Below are positions 36,016-46,742 of a stretch of DNA of 64,000 bases, one piece after another. The notes below the pieces were generated by a model that saw nothing but the letters and a program-made list of their open reading frames with translations, searched no databases and had not been told where the DNA came from. The DNA lies in IMG/VR virus record IMGVR_UViG_3300040856_003829, positions 32,161 through 96,160 of that record. The stretch is one strand, 5' to 3'. A program made the position numbers and the translations under genes. The stretch is from a virus. Within the stretch, counting starts at the first letter, position 1, and every line of letters starts with the position of its first letter.

Positions 36016-37932
36016 TCACATTTTTTTTCCAATACCTCTACCTGGTAAAGTTGTTCCCCCACCCAAAGCTGCAACTGCCAATGGAGGTATAAAAACTTCA
36101 ACTTTACTATTTGCCAATTCCTCGTCATTCACACCTTTAATCATTTGTTGCATAGCATTCAAAGCGACATTTGGGGATCCATCAGGTAATGCACCAGTTG
36201 GGATTCCTTGTGATTCAAGGTTACCCACAACATTAGATAATGCTCTGGTTGGTGAAAATCCTCCTAAAATTCCTGCATTAGCTAAGGCAAAGCTTGGTAA
36301 ACTAACACCAATCGATGATCTGGCTAAGTTTAAAAGATTCTGAATTTCATCGACTAAAGATTTACATTGTCTAAAATCAATTATCGCTGAAACTACTTGT
36401 AATAAAATAAACAAAATTGATGCGATCATTTTGATTCTAGCATCTTTTGCTTCAGTAGCAATCTCCTTTAATAGAGTTTCTACTAATCGACGAATATTTC
36501 TTTTCAATATTTTTACCAGTTCTTCTATGAAAATCGCACCTATTTTACTACACAGTTCAATGAAAAAACTTTTGAAGTCTTTCATAAAATCTTCTATGTC
36601 TTCAACATTATCGGCTAATTCATTTTTGAGTGATTTCAAACCAATCATTAATCCTAAAACTGATTTCGGAGATAATACTGCAAAACTTACTGACTGTATT
36701 ATTTGATTTAGAATATCGGTTTTAATTTTAACATTTAAGTCCAAATTAAGACCTAATTTTTTCCATTCTTCATCATTAATCATTTTATCTAGTTCCCCCA
36801 TAAAAACCTCTGTTTTACGATTATCTGGAACTTCACGAATCACATCAATTGAATCCAATATCGAATCAACATTTACTGGAAATTTAATATTTTCACAGTC
36901 AGTAAATTCGGTTACACCTTGTTTTATATTTTCTATTTTACTATCAATATCATTTAAATCAGATGATGTGAAGTCAAAAAATGATTCATCAATTTGATCT
37001 AATACCGATTGTTTTGCATTTCCACTAACGTCAATTTCAGTATTGGAATCGAAACAAAGTCCAAGAATTCTTTGAATCATCTTGTCAAATTTTGTTTGTT
37101 TCTCGACTTGATCGATAGAGACACCACCTTTAATACTCACAATATTTTGTAATGAATCAAAAATTCTGGCAAGAACTACATCAAAATTTACAATATCTAT
37201 TGTTTTGTAGTATTCGACCAAAAAATCTGAAATATTATTTCCGTTAACTCTTTGCTTTAAATCTATTTTGTAGAAATCACCAAAATAAGGGATACCATTT
37301 TCTGTATATTCTGTAACATATTGAATATCAAATAAAGGATTTTGTGATACTCCTAATATTGTATTTACACCACCATTTTGAGTAAGATCATATAATTTTT
37401 TATCCATAGAAAATGGAATTTGACCACTTACAGGATCATTTTTCTCATAAAAAATATCAAATGGTTTCAATTCATATGAATTGGGTAGTAATCTAAATAA
37501 GTCTATACTCCTAATATCGATATATATAGAATTTTCCACTTCGAAGGTTTGTTCCTGAGAACAACCTATTGTGGAAATTGTTTCAGATAAAAATACTTCA
37601 GAAATTCTATGTTTTGTATTTTTGGCGGAATTCAATAATAGTTCTATTAAGAAACTTACAGTATCGGATCCGGATGTAGGGTCATTAGGCATGGTAGACT
37701 TTATCATACCAACAATTTGATCAAATTGACTTTTGATTTGATTTTGTAATCTTTGTGACGTATCACCTAAATTATTTAGTTGTTTTAGTGCGTCACTTTT
37801 ACTTTGTTCAAAAGTATTTCCTGCAGAGTTTAGTTTAGATTTAGCCTCATCCTTTTTTAAATTGACCGTAGATTTGAAGGATGAAATCTTCGAATTTATG
37901 TCATTATAACTTTGATTAAGATCTAAAGCCAT
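36016..37932 (-). CDS. Large hypothetical protein, possibly virion
   Basis: 638 aa; GIPTGALPDGSPN near the C-terminus. Confidence 0.75.
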   Translation of the reverse strand: MALDLNQSYNDINSKISSFKSTVNLKKDEAKSKLNSAGNTFEQSKSDALKQLNNLGDTSQRLQNQIKSQFDQIVGMIKSTMPNDPTSGSDTVSFLIELLLNSAKNTKHRISEVFLSETISTIGCSQEQTFEVENSIYIDIRSIDLFRLLPNSYELKPFDIFYEKNDPVSGQIPFSMDKKLYDLTQNGGVNTILGVSQNPLFDIQYVTEYTENGIPYFGDFYKIDLKQRVNGNNISDFLVEYYKTIDIVNFDVVLARIFDSLQNIVSIKGGVSIDQVEKQTKFDKMIQRILGLCFDSNTEIDVSGNAKQSVLDQIDESFFDFTSSDLNDIDSKIENIKQGVTEFTDCENIKFPVNVDSILDSIDVIREVPDNRKTEVFMGELDKMINDEEWKKLGLNLDLNVKIKTDILNQIIQSVSFAVLSPKSVLGLMIGLKSLKNELADNVEDIEDFMKDFKSFFIELCSKIGAIFIEELVKILKRNIRRLVETLLKEIATEAKDARIKMIASILFILLQVVSAIIDFRQCKSLVDEIQNLLNLARSSIGVSLPSFALANAGILGGFSPTRALSNVVGNLESQGIPTGALPDGSPNVALNAMQQMIKGVNDEELANSKVEVFIPPLAVAALGGGTTLPGRGIGKKM

Positions 37933-38294
37933 TATAGTTTGTATTCAGAAGAATTATCAACATCTTTACTTATCAAAGCTTGAAGTACATCTTCATCCAT
38001 CTCTGATAAATCAAATGATTCTTCGGAATTACTGGAACTTTTTTCCCAGATTGAGGATTGTAACTTTGAAAGAGTTAGTTTCTTTTCAATCGTATCGTTA
38101 ATTATTTTTTGTTGTTCCTTTAGTACTGGACCTATCAATGTCATATCTTCCGGTCCTTTTAATAGATTCAACATCTTATTCTGAACTCTGATTGCGGTAG
38201 ATCTTTGTTCAACTAATTCATTATAAATTTCCTGCATTAAAGATAAAACAGAATTTTTGTTTAATGATATTTCTTTCTTTTTAGGTCTTGGCAT
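37932..38294 (-). CDS. Hypothetical coiled-coil protein
   Basis: 120 aa; ATATTTAT 4 nt upstream. Confidence 0.7.
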   Translation of the reverse strand: MPRPKKKEISLNKNSVLSLMQEIYNELVEQRSTAIRVQNKMLNLLKGPEDMTLIGPVLKEQQKIINDTIEKKLTLSKLQSSIWEKSSSNSEESFDLSEMDEDVLQALISKDVDNSSEYKL

Positions 38295-38305
38295 ACCTAT
38301 AAATA

Positions 38306-39034
38306 TTAAAGTTCGTTTAATTTTGCATTTATCTCATAATACAAATCCTTGAATTTTACCATAGAAGATCTTATCTCTTTGGTATTCATATTAGTCATCT
38401 CACGTAAAGATAGTAGAATTACGTTCTTATTAAATTTATTATTATCAGTACCTAAAAATATTATTTCATAATTTTCAAACAGTTCGACAAGTGCGTAACC
38501 CAACTTAGTTTCGTTTTCATTTAGATCTTGTTCTTCAATATACTCTTCTAATTCTTTAACAAATTTTTTTATTAATTGAGTGGTTTCTACTTTTTCATTT
38601 TCTAAATAATATATCATGTCTGGACGATTTTCGATCTTTGTTGAAATGTCCTCGTAAGATATTTTTCTATTTTGCTCTTTTTGATCTTTTATTATTTGAC
38701 CCATCAAATAATTTTTGCAAATAGTACCAAAGTATGAATAAGCTTTTTTGTTTTTATCTGGTTTAAATTTCTCAATCTTAGTCATTAAAAAAGAGTGAGT
38801 ATCATTATGAATTTCTCTGAAATCCATACCTTTGCGATACAATTTATATCTTCTTATAATACTGTCAATCATTTTATCAACTGGTGCCCTCAAGTAGGTA
38901 GCGTAAATTACATTACGCTCCTCTTGAGTTGTTGCACTAATAAAAAGTCTTACAGCATTTTCTTCTCTTACATCGAAATAGTTACTTGTAGATTTTTTTT
39001 TAGTCTTAGTATTTCCACTTGTTTCTCCAGACAA
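38306..39034 (-). CDS. Late-transcription sigma factor (T4 gp55-like, sigma region 2)
   Basis: KIEKFKPDKNKKAYSYFGTICKNYL resembles the gp55 F.P.K...FAYFT.I..N segment. Confidence 0.7.
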   Translation of the reverse strand: MSGETSGNTKTKKKSTSNYFDVREENAVRLFISATTQEERNVIYATYLRAPVDKMIDSIIRRYKLYRKGMDFREIHNDTHSFLMTKIEKFKPDKNKKAYSYFGTICKNYLMGQIIKDQKEQNRKISYEDISTKIENRPDMIYYLENEKVETTQLIKKFVKELEEYIEEQDLNENETKLGYALVELFENYEIIFLGTDNNKFNKNVILLSLREMTNMNTKEIRSSMVKFKDLYYEINAKLNEL

Positions 39035-39037
39035 AAT

Positions 39038-39850
39038 TTAAGTGTTTTCAGGTTCATATGTAATTTTATTATCTTCCTTAAAAAATTGTTGTTTTTTAGC
39101 GGTATCAATCCAAAAACTAGCTTCATCCGATGTGATTACATTCTCACCAAACTTGTAATTCCAAAAAATAGACCCTTCTCTCATATTCACATGTTTGTAA
39201 CCTATTCTAGGAATAGTCATAAATTTTACAGAATTATATGTCATTCTTAGTAAGAATTCATAAACAAATGAAAGTTTTAAACTTTGTTTGAATCCACCAA
39301 AAGAATCTATTATTTTTTTCTTAAATACTAATCCACTAGATTGGAAATTTTGGTAGTTTAATAAGACTTCATTAGTCAATATACCTATTTCAGTGTTCAT
39401 ATTAGCTGCGAAAGTTGCTTCATTCGTAAATCCTGCGAACGATTGTTTTTCATCTACATCAACAACTAATGGTAAAAACCCATCAAAATCAGGGTATGAC
39501 TCGAAATATCTTTTTACACTTTTAAACCATATTTTGGAGTATTCATCATCAAACTCTAAAATTGATACAAGATCATTTTTGGTTGATTTGATACCTAAGT
39601 TGACTTGAGATTGAAAGTCCGAATCTCCTTCATTCAAAACTCTATTTACTGTCAATCCACTAAAATCAAAGTCATCTAAATAATTGATTAAACTTTCTTC
39701 ATCAGTGTGAACAATAATCAATTCATCTACTGGTTCTTCCTGATGTAAAACAGATTGTACTGACTTACTAAAAAATGTTTCAAAATCTTTATGTTTTGTT
39801 GATTCGATGGGTAAAACCACAGAAATCAAAAAATTATCTTCTTTTTTCAT
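39038..39850 (-). CDS. Glycosyltransferase family 2-like (GT-A)
   Basis: ISVVLPI...SVLHQ...NLGI......VSILEFDD. Confidence 0.8.
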   Translation of the reverse strand: MKKEDNFLISVVLPIESTKHKDFETFFSKSVQSVLHQEEPVDELIIVHTDEESLINYLDDFDFSGLTVNRVLNEGDSDFQSQVNLGIKSTKNDLVSILEFDDEYSKIWFKSVKRYFESYPDFDGFLPLVVDVDEKQSFAGFTNEATFAANMNTEIGILTNEVLLNYQNFQSSGLVFKKKIIDSFGGFKQSLKLSFVYEFLLRMTYNSVKFMTIPRIGYKHVNMREGSIFWNYKFGENVITSDEASFWIDTAKKQQFFKEDNKITYEPENT

Positions 39851-39851
39851 A

Positions 39852-40916
39852 TTATTCTACTTCTTCTAATTCGTTTATATTTATTTGATTCTCAAATGAT
39901 TTTAAACGGGAATCACAATAGGAACTAATTAACTGGACAACATTATAATCAAATGAATTTTTATCTGAATATTTTTCCGAGGTTTCTTTCCCTGCATTAT
40001 AAAGATCTTCAGATATATTATCTTCTAACCAGTTTTGAATAAAGTCTGCTATTATGTCTACAGTTTGTAATTTATCAAAATACCAAATTCCATTATTATC
40101 GTTCATCCAGTCTGGTTTCATATTTGGCACTTTACCAATAACAGGTGTACCACATTTCATAGACTCTAGTGGGAAGGTTCCAAATGATGATGAATCATCG
40201 ATCCATACAGATACAAAAGAATCTTGTAAGTATTCAGAAAATTTTTCCATAGAAATTCCACGCATATCTCTAAAAGTGACCCAACGATACTGCGGATACC
40301 TTATGTAAAAAGTTTTGATTATAATCATAGTATCCCTTTGGTCTCTAGTGTGTATAGAAATGATCGGTTTACAAGGGAATTTTTTTTCAGTGAATACTTC
40401 TGAAATTGTTGGTTCTAAAACGTCAACACTAACATTTCTCATCAAATCCTTAACAAATTCTTTTTGTTTTTCTGTCGTAGTTAAACACTTGTAAAAACCA
40501 TAGTCAGTCCATTCAGTTCCTGGTTTGAGGGTTTCAAGAATTGCATCATAAGATTGTGAAAGTACGATTTTACCACAAGGTAATTTTGACACTTGTTCGA
40601 TAACATGACCGAAAACCTCTGGGATAAAAATAAAATCCTCCGGACTTACCTCTAACTTTTGTGATTCTAAACTCAAATGTTCTAATTCAGTATAATCGGT
40701 CCCTAACCAATCACCAACACCTTTATAGTCATCTTTTTCGTGTAAAATAACCGGTTGATAACCCGAATTATTCAAAGACATTGCAAATTCATAAATGTAT
40801 CTGACAGATCCTTTAGCATATCCTTTACTGTCTAACACAAAGAAGTAAAATTTATTTTTTTTATCTCTTAAATTAGAAATACTTTTTTTTATTTTTTCTA
40901 ACTTTATATCTTCCAT
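39852..40916 (-). CDS. Glycosyltransferase (GT-B, GT4-like)
   Basis: SSFGTFPLESMKCGTPVIG. Confidence 0.8.
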   Translation of the reverse strand: MEDIKLEKIKKSISNLRDKKNKFYFFVLDSKGYAKGSVRYIYEFAMSLNNSGYQPVILHEKDDYKGVGDWLGTDYTELEHLSLESQKLEVSPEDFIFIPEVFGHVIEQVSKLPCGKIVLSQSYDAILETLKPGTEWTDYGFYKCLTTTEKQKEFVKDLMRNVSVDVLEPTISEVFTEKKFPCKPIISIHTRDQRDTMIIIKTFYIRYPQYRWVTFRDMRGISMEKFSEYLQDSFVSVWIDDSSSFGTFPLESMKCGTPVIGKVPNMKPDWMNDNNGIWYFDKLQTVDIIADFIQNWLEDNISEDLYNAGKETSEKYSDKNSFDYNVVQLISSYCDSRLKSFENQININELEEVE

Positions 40917-40922
40917 TTCAGT

Positions 40923-41903
40923 TTATTTTTTTAATTTATTCCTCCAATAATCTAAAAGATCATTCATTGTTTGTTTCAATTCAATCTTAGGTTCCCATCC
41001 AGTCATTTCAACTAATTCTTTCGAATCACCAATTTGTACTTGGATATCGATTGGTCTATAGTAAGGTTCGTAAATTTTCTGTTCAACCTCATCATAGTCG
41101 AATTTGGAACATTCGATAAGTAAATCTGTATAGTGTTGCATTTTATTTACTTCACTACCACATACGTTGAAAACTTTTCCTTTAGTTTCTGGATTTATCA
41201 TTAACAAATAATATGCGTTTACACAATCTCTTACATCTATTACAACTCTTTCTGTCTCGAGATTACCAATTTTCAAAACTTTTTCTTGTAACCCAAGTTC
41301 CATTGCCGCAATTTGATATGCATCGGAACTTATGCTGAAAATTTTACCCCTTCTTGGACCTGTATGACTAAAAGCTCTTGTTACAAAACCATCTAAGAAA
41401 CCATTACTAGCTCTCTCTTGAACATATAAATCCATAGCAGCCTTCGATGAACCATAAGGATTACTAGGTTTCAAAGGTGTGTCAATCGACAAAGTCCCAA
41501 CATCTTTACATTCGTCACCATACACTTCACTGGTAGAACAGAACATGAATCTAGTTTTACTATTTTCCAAAGAAGTTATTAAGTTCATAGTTGCAGATAC
41601 ATTTTCTTCCCATGTTAAAATTGGATCTTTGAAGCTTGTTGGTGGATGAGATTGTGCGGCTAGATGAAACACTCCATCAAACTCTTCTCGATCAATCAAT
41701 TTTTTTACACCGTAAAAATGTTTCAAATCTAGATAATGAAAAGTTATTTTATCCAATTCTTCTGGAGTAAGAATATCCAACAAATCTGTTTCTCGACCAT
41801 TAGCAGTTCTTACTACTCCATGAACTTCATGTCCTTTTTCTAACAATAGTTTCGCAAGATTTGGACCAGCAAATCCTGTTATTCCAGTAACTAAGTATTT
41901 CAT
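40923..41903 (-). CDS. GDP-sugar SDR, Rmd-like (GDP-4-keto-6-deoxymannose reductase) or a second Gmd
   Basis: TGITGFAG, HLAAQS, STSEVYG, YGSSK, RAFSHTGPR. Confidence 0.75.
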   Translation of the reverse strand: MKYLVTGITGFAGPNLAKLLLEKGHEVHGVVRTANGRETDLLDILTPEELDKITFHYLDLKHFYGVKKLIDREEFDGVFHLAAQSHPPTSFKDPILTWEENVSATMNLITSLENSKTRFMFCSTSEVYGDECKDVGTLSIDTPLKPSNPYGSSKAAMDLYVQERASNGFLDGFVTRAFSHTGPRRGKIFSISSDAYQIAAMELGLQEKVLKIGNLETERVVIDVRDCVNAYYLLMINPETKGKVFNVCGSEVNKMQHYTDLLIECSKFDYDEVEQKIYEPYYRPIDIQVQIGDSKELVEMTGWEPKIELKQTMNDLLDYWRNKLKK

Positions 41904-42169
41904 ATTTTTTTCAAAATTTTATTTAATAATAATGTATTGAAGGCGAATTTAAAGGGAAGACTTAAATTTTTACTAGAGTGAATTCCTAAGTTTTCATCTA
42001 TTTCCTCTCTTTCCGTCAATAAGACTTCGATCATTAATTTTACGAAGTCATACTTAACAACATCTGTCTGTTTTTCTACATGACCCTCTTCATTACTTGT
42101 TGCAATACCAACAAGAGAATCGATTTCTTTTAAATCGATATAATAATTTTCACCTAAAATCGAAATCAT
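41900..42169 (-). CDS. Hypothetical protein
   Basis: 89 aa; FKFAFNTLL. Confidence 0.65.
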   Translation of the reverse strand: MISILGENYYIDLKEIDSLVGIATSNEEGHVEKQTDVVKYDFVKLMIEVLLTEREEIDENLGIHSSKNLSLPFKFAFNTLLLNKILKKI

Positions 42170-42767
42170 TTTCTTTAAGTTTTAATTGTTTATATAGTTT
42201 TTCAAATTCTTCAAGAGAATTTATTGAAATATCTGTTTCAATACTTTTATTATATGTTGATTCGAATTTTACCAACTGAATATTTTCAGGTGAATTAATT
42301 AATAATTCCGGATTTGCGGTGACGATAATATCACACTCATCCCAGAGACTATCGATGGTGATTTTTGAGAAAAATTTAATTTTCTCAACTAGACAACCAT
42401 ATTTTGATAAGAAAAATAGAGATGCTGGCTTAGATTTTCCGATCTCATCTGATATAATTAATATTTCATTTTCATCACGTAGATCTTCATAAATTTTATT
42501 CAATTGATTGAAAGTTGTCATTTCAGAACTAGGTGAATTACCAAAAATTTGCATAGTGAAATCTTCATAAAAAAAAGAAAATAGTTCTTGATCGTCTTTG
42601 AATTTGAAGTGTGACTTTAAATCATTGAGATTAGTGACAGGAAGATTTAATCCATATTCGAATTCATCACCTTCATACTCATCAATGTAAAATTTTTGAT
42701 AAATCTGTTCTGCCTTCGCGAATGTATCTCTTAAGACATGATTTATATCGAAAGCTAACTTTTTCAT
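42150..42767 (-). CDS. HAD-fold / 5'-nucleotidase-like protein, degenerate
   Basis: AFDINHVLRD (DxN in place of DxD), C-terminal ...YNK. Confidence 0.55.
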   Translation of the reverse strand: MKKLAFDINHVLRDTFAKAEQIYQKFYIDEYEGDEFEYGLNLPVTNLNDLKSHFKFKDDQELFSFFYEDFTMQIFGNSPSSEMTTFNQLNKIYEDLRDENEILIISDEIGKSKPASLFFLSKYGCLVEKIKFFSKITIDSLWDECDIIVTANPELLINSPENIQLVKFESTYNKSIETDISINSLEEFEKLYKQLKLKENDFDFR

Positions 42768-43447
42768 TCGTATTTATCTAAAATTTGTGTGATCAAAGGA
42801 TTTCTAATGATATTACTTTTATCAAATTTGTAAATCCCTATATTTTCTATGTTATCGAACCTGTTTATGGCATCATAAAGACCTGATTGTGTTTTATCTC
42901 TAAATCTATCTGTTTGTTCAATATCACCAGATATGAAAAATTTTGAATTAAATCCAATTCTAGTCAGTAATAATTTCATTTGACTTTTTGTTGTGTTTTG
43001 TGCTTCTTCAAAAACTAGTATGGCATTATCTATATTCATACCTCTCATATATGCCAATGCAAAGACTTCGATAAATTCGAATTCCTTAAGTTTTTCCCTC
43101 TTTTCTTTTCCAATTATTTTATTTAGTAAGTAATATGAAGGAAATATATATGGATCTAATTTTTCTTCCAAATTTCCAGGTAATGACCCTAATTTTTCTT
43201 CAGCTTCAACTGCAGGTCTTACGATTATAATTTTTTCATAATCATTTTCTGGATCTAATAATAAATCGACTGCGGCTTTCATTGAAATGTAGGATTTACC
43301 TACTCCCGCGGGTCCTGAACATATTACAATTTCTTTTTCTTTGAGGATATCGTAATATTCTTTTTGTGATTTACTTAAAAATTTTTGTTTCGGTTGACGT
43401 CCGACAATTGATTTTATTTCTTGTTTTTTTTTACTTATATTCGTCAT
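42764..43447 (-). CDS. phoH: PhoH-like ATPase
   Basis: GPAGVGKS, RPAVEAEEKLGSLPG, LAYMRG, EEAQN, LTRIG, GDIEQTD. Confidence 0.95.
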   Translation of the reverse strand: MTNISKKKQEIKSIVGRQPKQKFLSKSQKEYYDILKEKEIVICSGPAGVGKSYISMKAAVDLLLDPENDYEKIIIVRPAVEAEEKLGSLPGNLEEKLDPYIFPSYYLLNKIIGKEKREKLKEFEFIEVFALAYMRGMNIDNAILVFEEAQNTTKSQMKLLLTRIGFNSKFFISGDIEQTDRFRDKTQSGLYDAINRFDNIENIGIYKFDKSNIIRNPLITQILDKYE

Positions 43448-43448
43448 A

Positions 43449-44435
43449 TTATAATTTTTCTTGCCAGTAATCTATCATTTCATCTAACATAGATTCAAAT
43501 GTATATTTAGGTTCCCAACCTGTTTTTTGTTTGAGTTTAGAACAATCACCTTTCAAATCTTCTAACTCTTCAGGTCTGAAATATTTCTCATCAATAATTA
43601 AATGTTTGTCAATATCCAAATCTAGTTTTTTGAAAACATATTCCACTAAATCTCTAACAGAATGAGAAATTCCAGTTGAACAAACAAAATCATCTGGGTT
43701 GTTTTGTTGTAGTATTAACCACATGGCTTCCACATAATCTTTAGCGTGTCCCCAATCTCTTGTGGCTTCCATATTACCTAAAGACAATGTTTTGGATAAT
43801 CCTTTTTTTATTTTGACCGCAGCTTTTACCACTTTATTAGTTACAAAATTAGTCCCTCGTCTAGGTGACTCGTGATTAAATAATATACCATTAGAAACAA
43901 ACATCTGATAAGAATTCCTATAATTTCTACTTATGTTATATGCAAAAACTTTAGAACAACCATAAGGAGAAACTGGATTCATTGGTGTTGTCTCACGTTG
44001 ATATCCATCATCATCAATGTTATTTCCAAACATTTCTGAAGATGACGCTTGATATACCTTAATATTAGGATTTACTAATTTTACAGCTTCTAATAGGTTC
44101 AGAGCACCTAAACCTGTTACATTTGCAGTGTAAATTGGTTGATCGAAGGAAATTCGAACGTGTGATTGTGCCGCCAAATTATAAATCTCATCTGGATTAC
44201 ATTTTTGTATGATCCTTATTAATGATGATAAGTCTGTCATGTCAACATATTCTAAATTAGAACTAATTGCATGATATACATTATCCAGTCGATTAGTTTG
44301 GTTTTCCGCCACTGAGTTTCTTTTCACAGTACCCCATACTTCATATCCTTTTTCTATCAAAAATTCTGCAAGATATGAACCATCTTGGCCATTAATACCT
44401 GTAATTAATGCGACTTTATTTTCTTGATTTTTCAT
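43449..44435 (-). CDS. gmd: GDP-mannose 4,6-dehydratase
   Basis: ITGINGQDGSYLAE, LAAQSHV, SSSEMFG, SPYGCSK, NHESPRRG, RDWGHA. Confidence 0.95.
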   Translation of the reverse strand: MKNQENKVALITGINGQDGSYLAEFLIEKGYEVWGTVKRNSVAENQTNRLDNVYHAISSNLEYVDMTDLSSLIRIIQKCNPDEIYNLAAQSHVRISFDQPIYTANVTGLGALNLLEAVKLVNPNIKVYQASSSEMFGNNIDDDGYQRETTPMNPVSPYGCSKVFAYNISRNYRNSYQMFVSNGILFNHESPRRGTNFVTNKVVKAAVKIKKGLSKTLSLGNMEATRDWGHAKDYVEAMWLILQQNNPDDFVCSTGISHSVRDLVEYVFKKLDLDIDKHLIIDEKYFRPEELEDLKGDCSKLKQKTGWEPKYTFESMLDEMIDYWQEKL

Positions 44436-45312
44436 AATTTTCTAAAAACCATTTTATTGTTTTTTTTATTCCAACTTCAATTGGTGTAAATTCAAATTCA
44501 GGTAAATATTCTTTAATCTTTGAATTGTCTGATGGTTTTCTAAACTGACCATCAGGTTTTGACTTGTCGAATAATACTTCCCCTTTAAAATTAAACTCTT
44601 GTACTAATAAATCAACTAAATCTCTAATTGAAATTTCTTGTGAAGTCGATAAAATAATTGGTTCGGGATCATTGTAATTTTTTAAAACCCATTCAGTCAA
44701 ATGACTAACATCTTCAGAATAAATAAATTCTCTTAAAGGTTTACCTGATCCCCATACCTCAAATGGTCTATTATCAATTTGTGAAATATACATTTTATGT
44801 ATCAGCATCGGAACTACATGACCGTGAGTTAAAGAAAAATTGTCATTTGGTCCATAAATATTTGTTGGAACAACTGATTTATAATTTAATCCATACTGTT
44901 CTTTATAAGATCTAATCTGTATATCCGCCATCCTTTTAGCATATGCGTAAGCATCATTCGAAAAATGAGGAGGACCCAAATGAATGTATTCTTCCTTAAG
45001 TGGATATTTGGTGTTATCAGGAAAAATACAGGTGGATAAAAAAGTAACTAGATTTTTAACACCATGATTTCTTGCTTGTTCAATCACATTAGTGTTTATC
45101 ATGATATTATCATAAAAATATTCACCTTTGAAATTCATATTAGATCCTAATCCACCAACTTTTGCGGCCGTATGTATGACTTCAGTAGGTTTATATTTTT
45201 TATACATTTTAATCACCTCATTGGTTTTAGTTAAATTATAATCCTTAGATGATATTTTTACGTCTCCATCAAGACATGAACCTACTAAACCATTTCCTGT
45301 TATTAACCTCAT
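44416..45312 (-). CDS. fcl: GDP-L-fucose synthase
   Basis: GLVGS, AAKVGGL, STCIFP, YAYAK, PTNIYGPNDNF, WGSGKPLREF, KPDG. Confidence 0.93.
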   Translation of the reverse strand: MRLITGNGLVGSCLDGDVKISSKDYNLTKTNEVIKMYKKYKPTEVIHTAAKVGGLGSNMNFKGEYFYDNIMINTNVIEQARNHGVKNLVTFLSTCIFPDNTKYPLKEEYIHLGPPHFSNDAYAYAKRMADIQIRSYKEQYGLNYKSVVPTNIYGPNDNFSLTHGHVVPMLIHKMYISQIDNRPFEVWGSGKPLREFIYSEDVSHLTEWVLKNYNDPEPIILSTSQEISIRDLVDLLVQEFNFKGEVLFDKSKPDGQFRKPSDNSKIKEYLPEFEFTPIEVGIKKTIKWFLENYEKSRK

Positions 45313-45315
45313 ACT

Positions 45316-46002
45316 TTAAATTACTTTCCATTTATCAGAAACACATACTCCCCAATCATCATCTCTACTTTTGTAATTTTTATGAAAAACTAAATTCTGA
45401 TTTGGAGTGGTTGTGTGTAAGTCTACTAAATGAAAGAATGATGAGTTAACACAATGAACTTCTTCTGCGTTATCTATTAGTTTGAGATAATCAAATATTG
45501 TATCGGCTTGTTCTACAAATATCCTTTTCAAATTATTACCAATTAAGTCATAATTTATTCCATCTAATCCCCCACTATGTTTATTATGTATTAATGCATA
45601 TTTTTCATCATTAGGATTTAATTTTTCATACTGATTATTCTCCTTTATAAAGTCTCTTTCAACATAAAAATCAGTCCACCTTTTTTGATGGTCAACATTC
45701 ATACTTTTATAAAAATTTTCATCCCACATTGGTCCACAACAAAAAGTATTATGGTGACCTATTATGGTTAATTTTTGACTTAAATTATTTTTGGAAATGT
45801 AGTCGTTAACCCCGAAATCATCATTTACCGCAATCAATTCTAAATTAGAAAGATCTCTGAACATAAACTGGACACTAGGTAAATTATGATGTTTAACAAA
45901 CAAATATGTTTTATCGTAATCTCTAATTAAATTCCTTATTAAACCATTACAAATTAAATGATCCCCTAATCCTAAATGTTGGTGTATGTAGTTTATATTC
46001 AT
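45316..46002 (-). CDS. Putative glycosyltransferase (GT-B; fucosyl- or heptosyltransferase-like)
   Basis: HLGLGDHLIC at the N-terminus and EVHCVNSSFFHL; directly upstream of fcl and gmd. Confidence 0.5.
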   Translation of the reverse strand: MNINYIHQHLGLGDHLICNGLIRNLIRDYDKTYLFVKHHNLPSVQFMFRDLSNLELIAVNDDFGVNDYISKNNLSQKLTIIGHHNTFCCGPMWDENFYKSMNVDHQKRWTDFYVERDFIKENNQYEKLNPNDEKYALIHNKHSGGLDGINYDLIGNNLKRIFVEQADTIFDYLKLIDNAEEVHCVNSSFFHLVDLHTTTPNQNLVFHKNYKSRDDDWGVCVSDKWKVI

Positions 46003-46742
46003 TTTTTTACTGTTGCAACTCCTTTTATCTGAACAACTTCTCTAGCTTTTTTATTTGCAAAAATAATTGAATTTGGAATATCTTTAGTATTTAAATAAAA
46101 ATAAATAAATGAACTTAGAAATGTATCACCAGCACCACTTACATCAAAAGTATTAATAGGTTCTGTTTCATAAATTACATTATCGTATTGACATCCTTTA
46201 CCTCCTAAAGTGACAATCATTTTTTTATCTAAAAATTCTAAGTTTCCATGTAACTCTAAATTTTTGTTATATTCAGTTTCGTTGATCTTGATAAAATCAA
46301 TATTTTCACAATACTTACCTAATAATTTTTTTGTGTCTAAAAATACTGGGCACTTCACATTTTCACTTATGTATTGTATATCCTTTTCATTTAAAAAACC
46401 TTTATTGTAATCAGAAATGACAACCGCATCCCACTGAAGATTTAATTTTTCATATAGAATTGATCTATCTATCCGATCACATTTATCGTTTTCATCTACT
46501 CTTATTATCAGTTGATTACTTGACTTATCAACATATCTAATTTTGTGTATTGTACTCTGATTTGTTACCAGATCGACTTCAAGACCGAAAGAACTCAAAT
46601 TCTCTTTTACATTTGCAGCCATACCTGGATTTGTTGTATAATCTGAAGGTAAGAAAACTGGTACAGGCGCTTCAGGACATAACCGGTTACATTTCCCATA
46701 AACAAATTTATCGATACATGAGTCTCCAATAACTAAAATCAT
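45999..46742 (-). CDS. PfkB-family heptose-7-phosphate kinase (HldA / RfaE domain I-like)
   Basis: RLCPEAPVPV, GMAANV, ISDYNKG, DVSGAGDTF. Confidence 0.85.
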   Translation of the reverse strand: MILVIGDSCIDKFVYGKCNRLCPEAPVPVFLPSDYTTNPGMAANVKENLSSFGLEVDLVTNQSTIHKIRYVDKSSNQLIIRVDENDKCDRIDRSILYEKLNLQWDAVVISDYNKGFLNEKDIQYISENVKCPVFLDTKKLLGKYCENIDFIKINETEYNKNLELHGNLEFLDKKMIVTLGGKGCQYDNVIYETEPINTFDVSGAGDTFLSSFIYFYLNTKDIPNSIIFANKKAREVVQIKGVATVKK

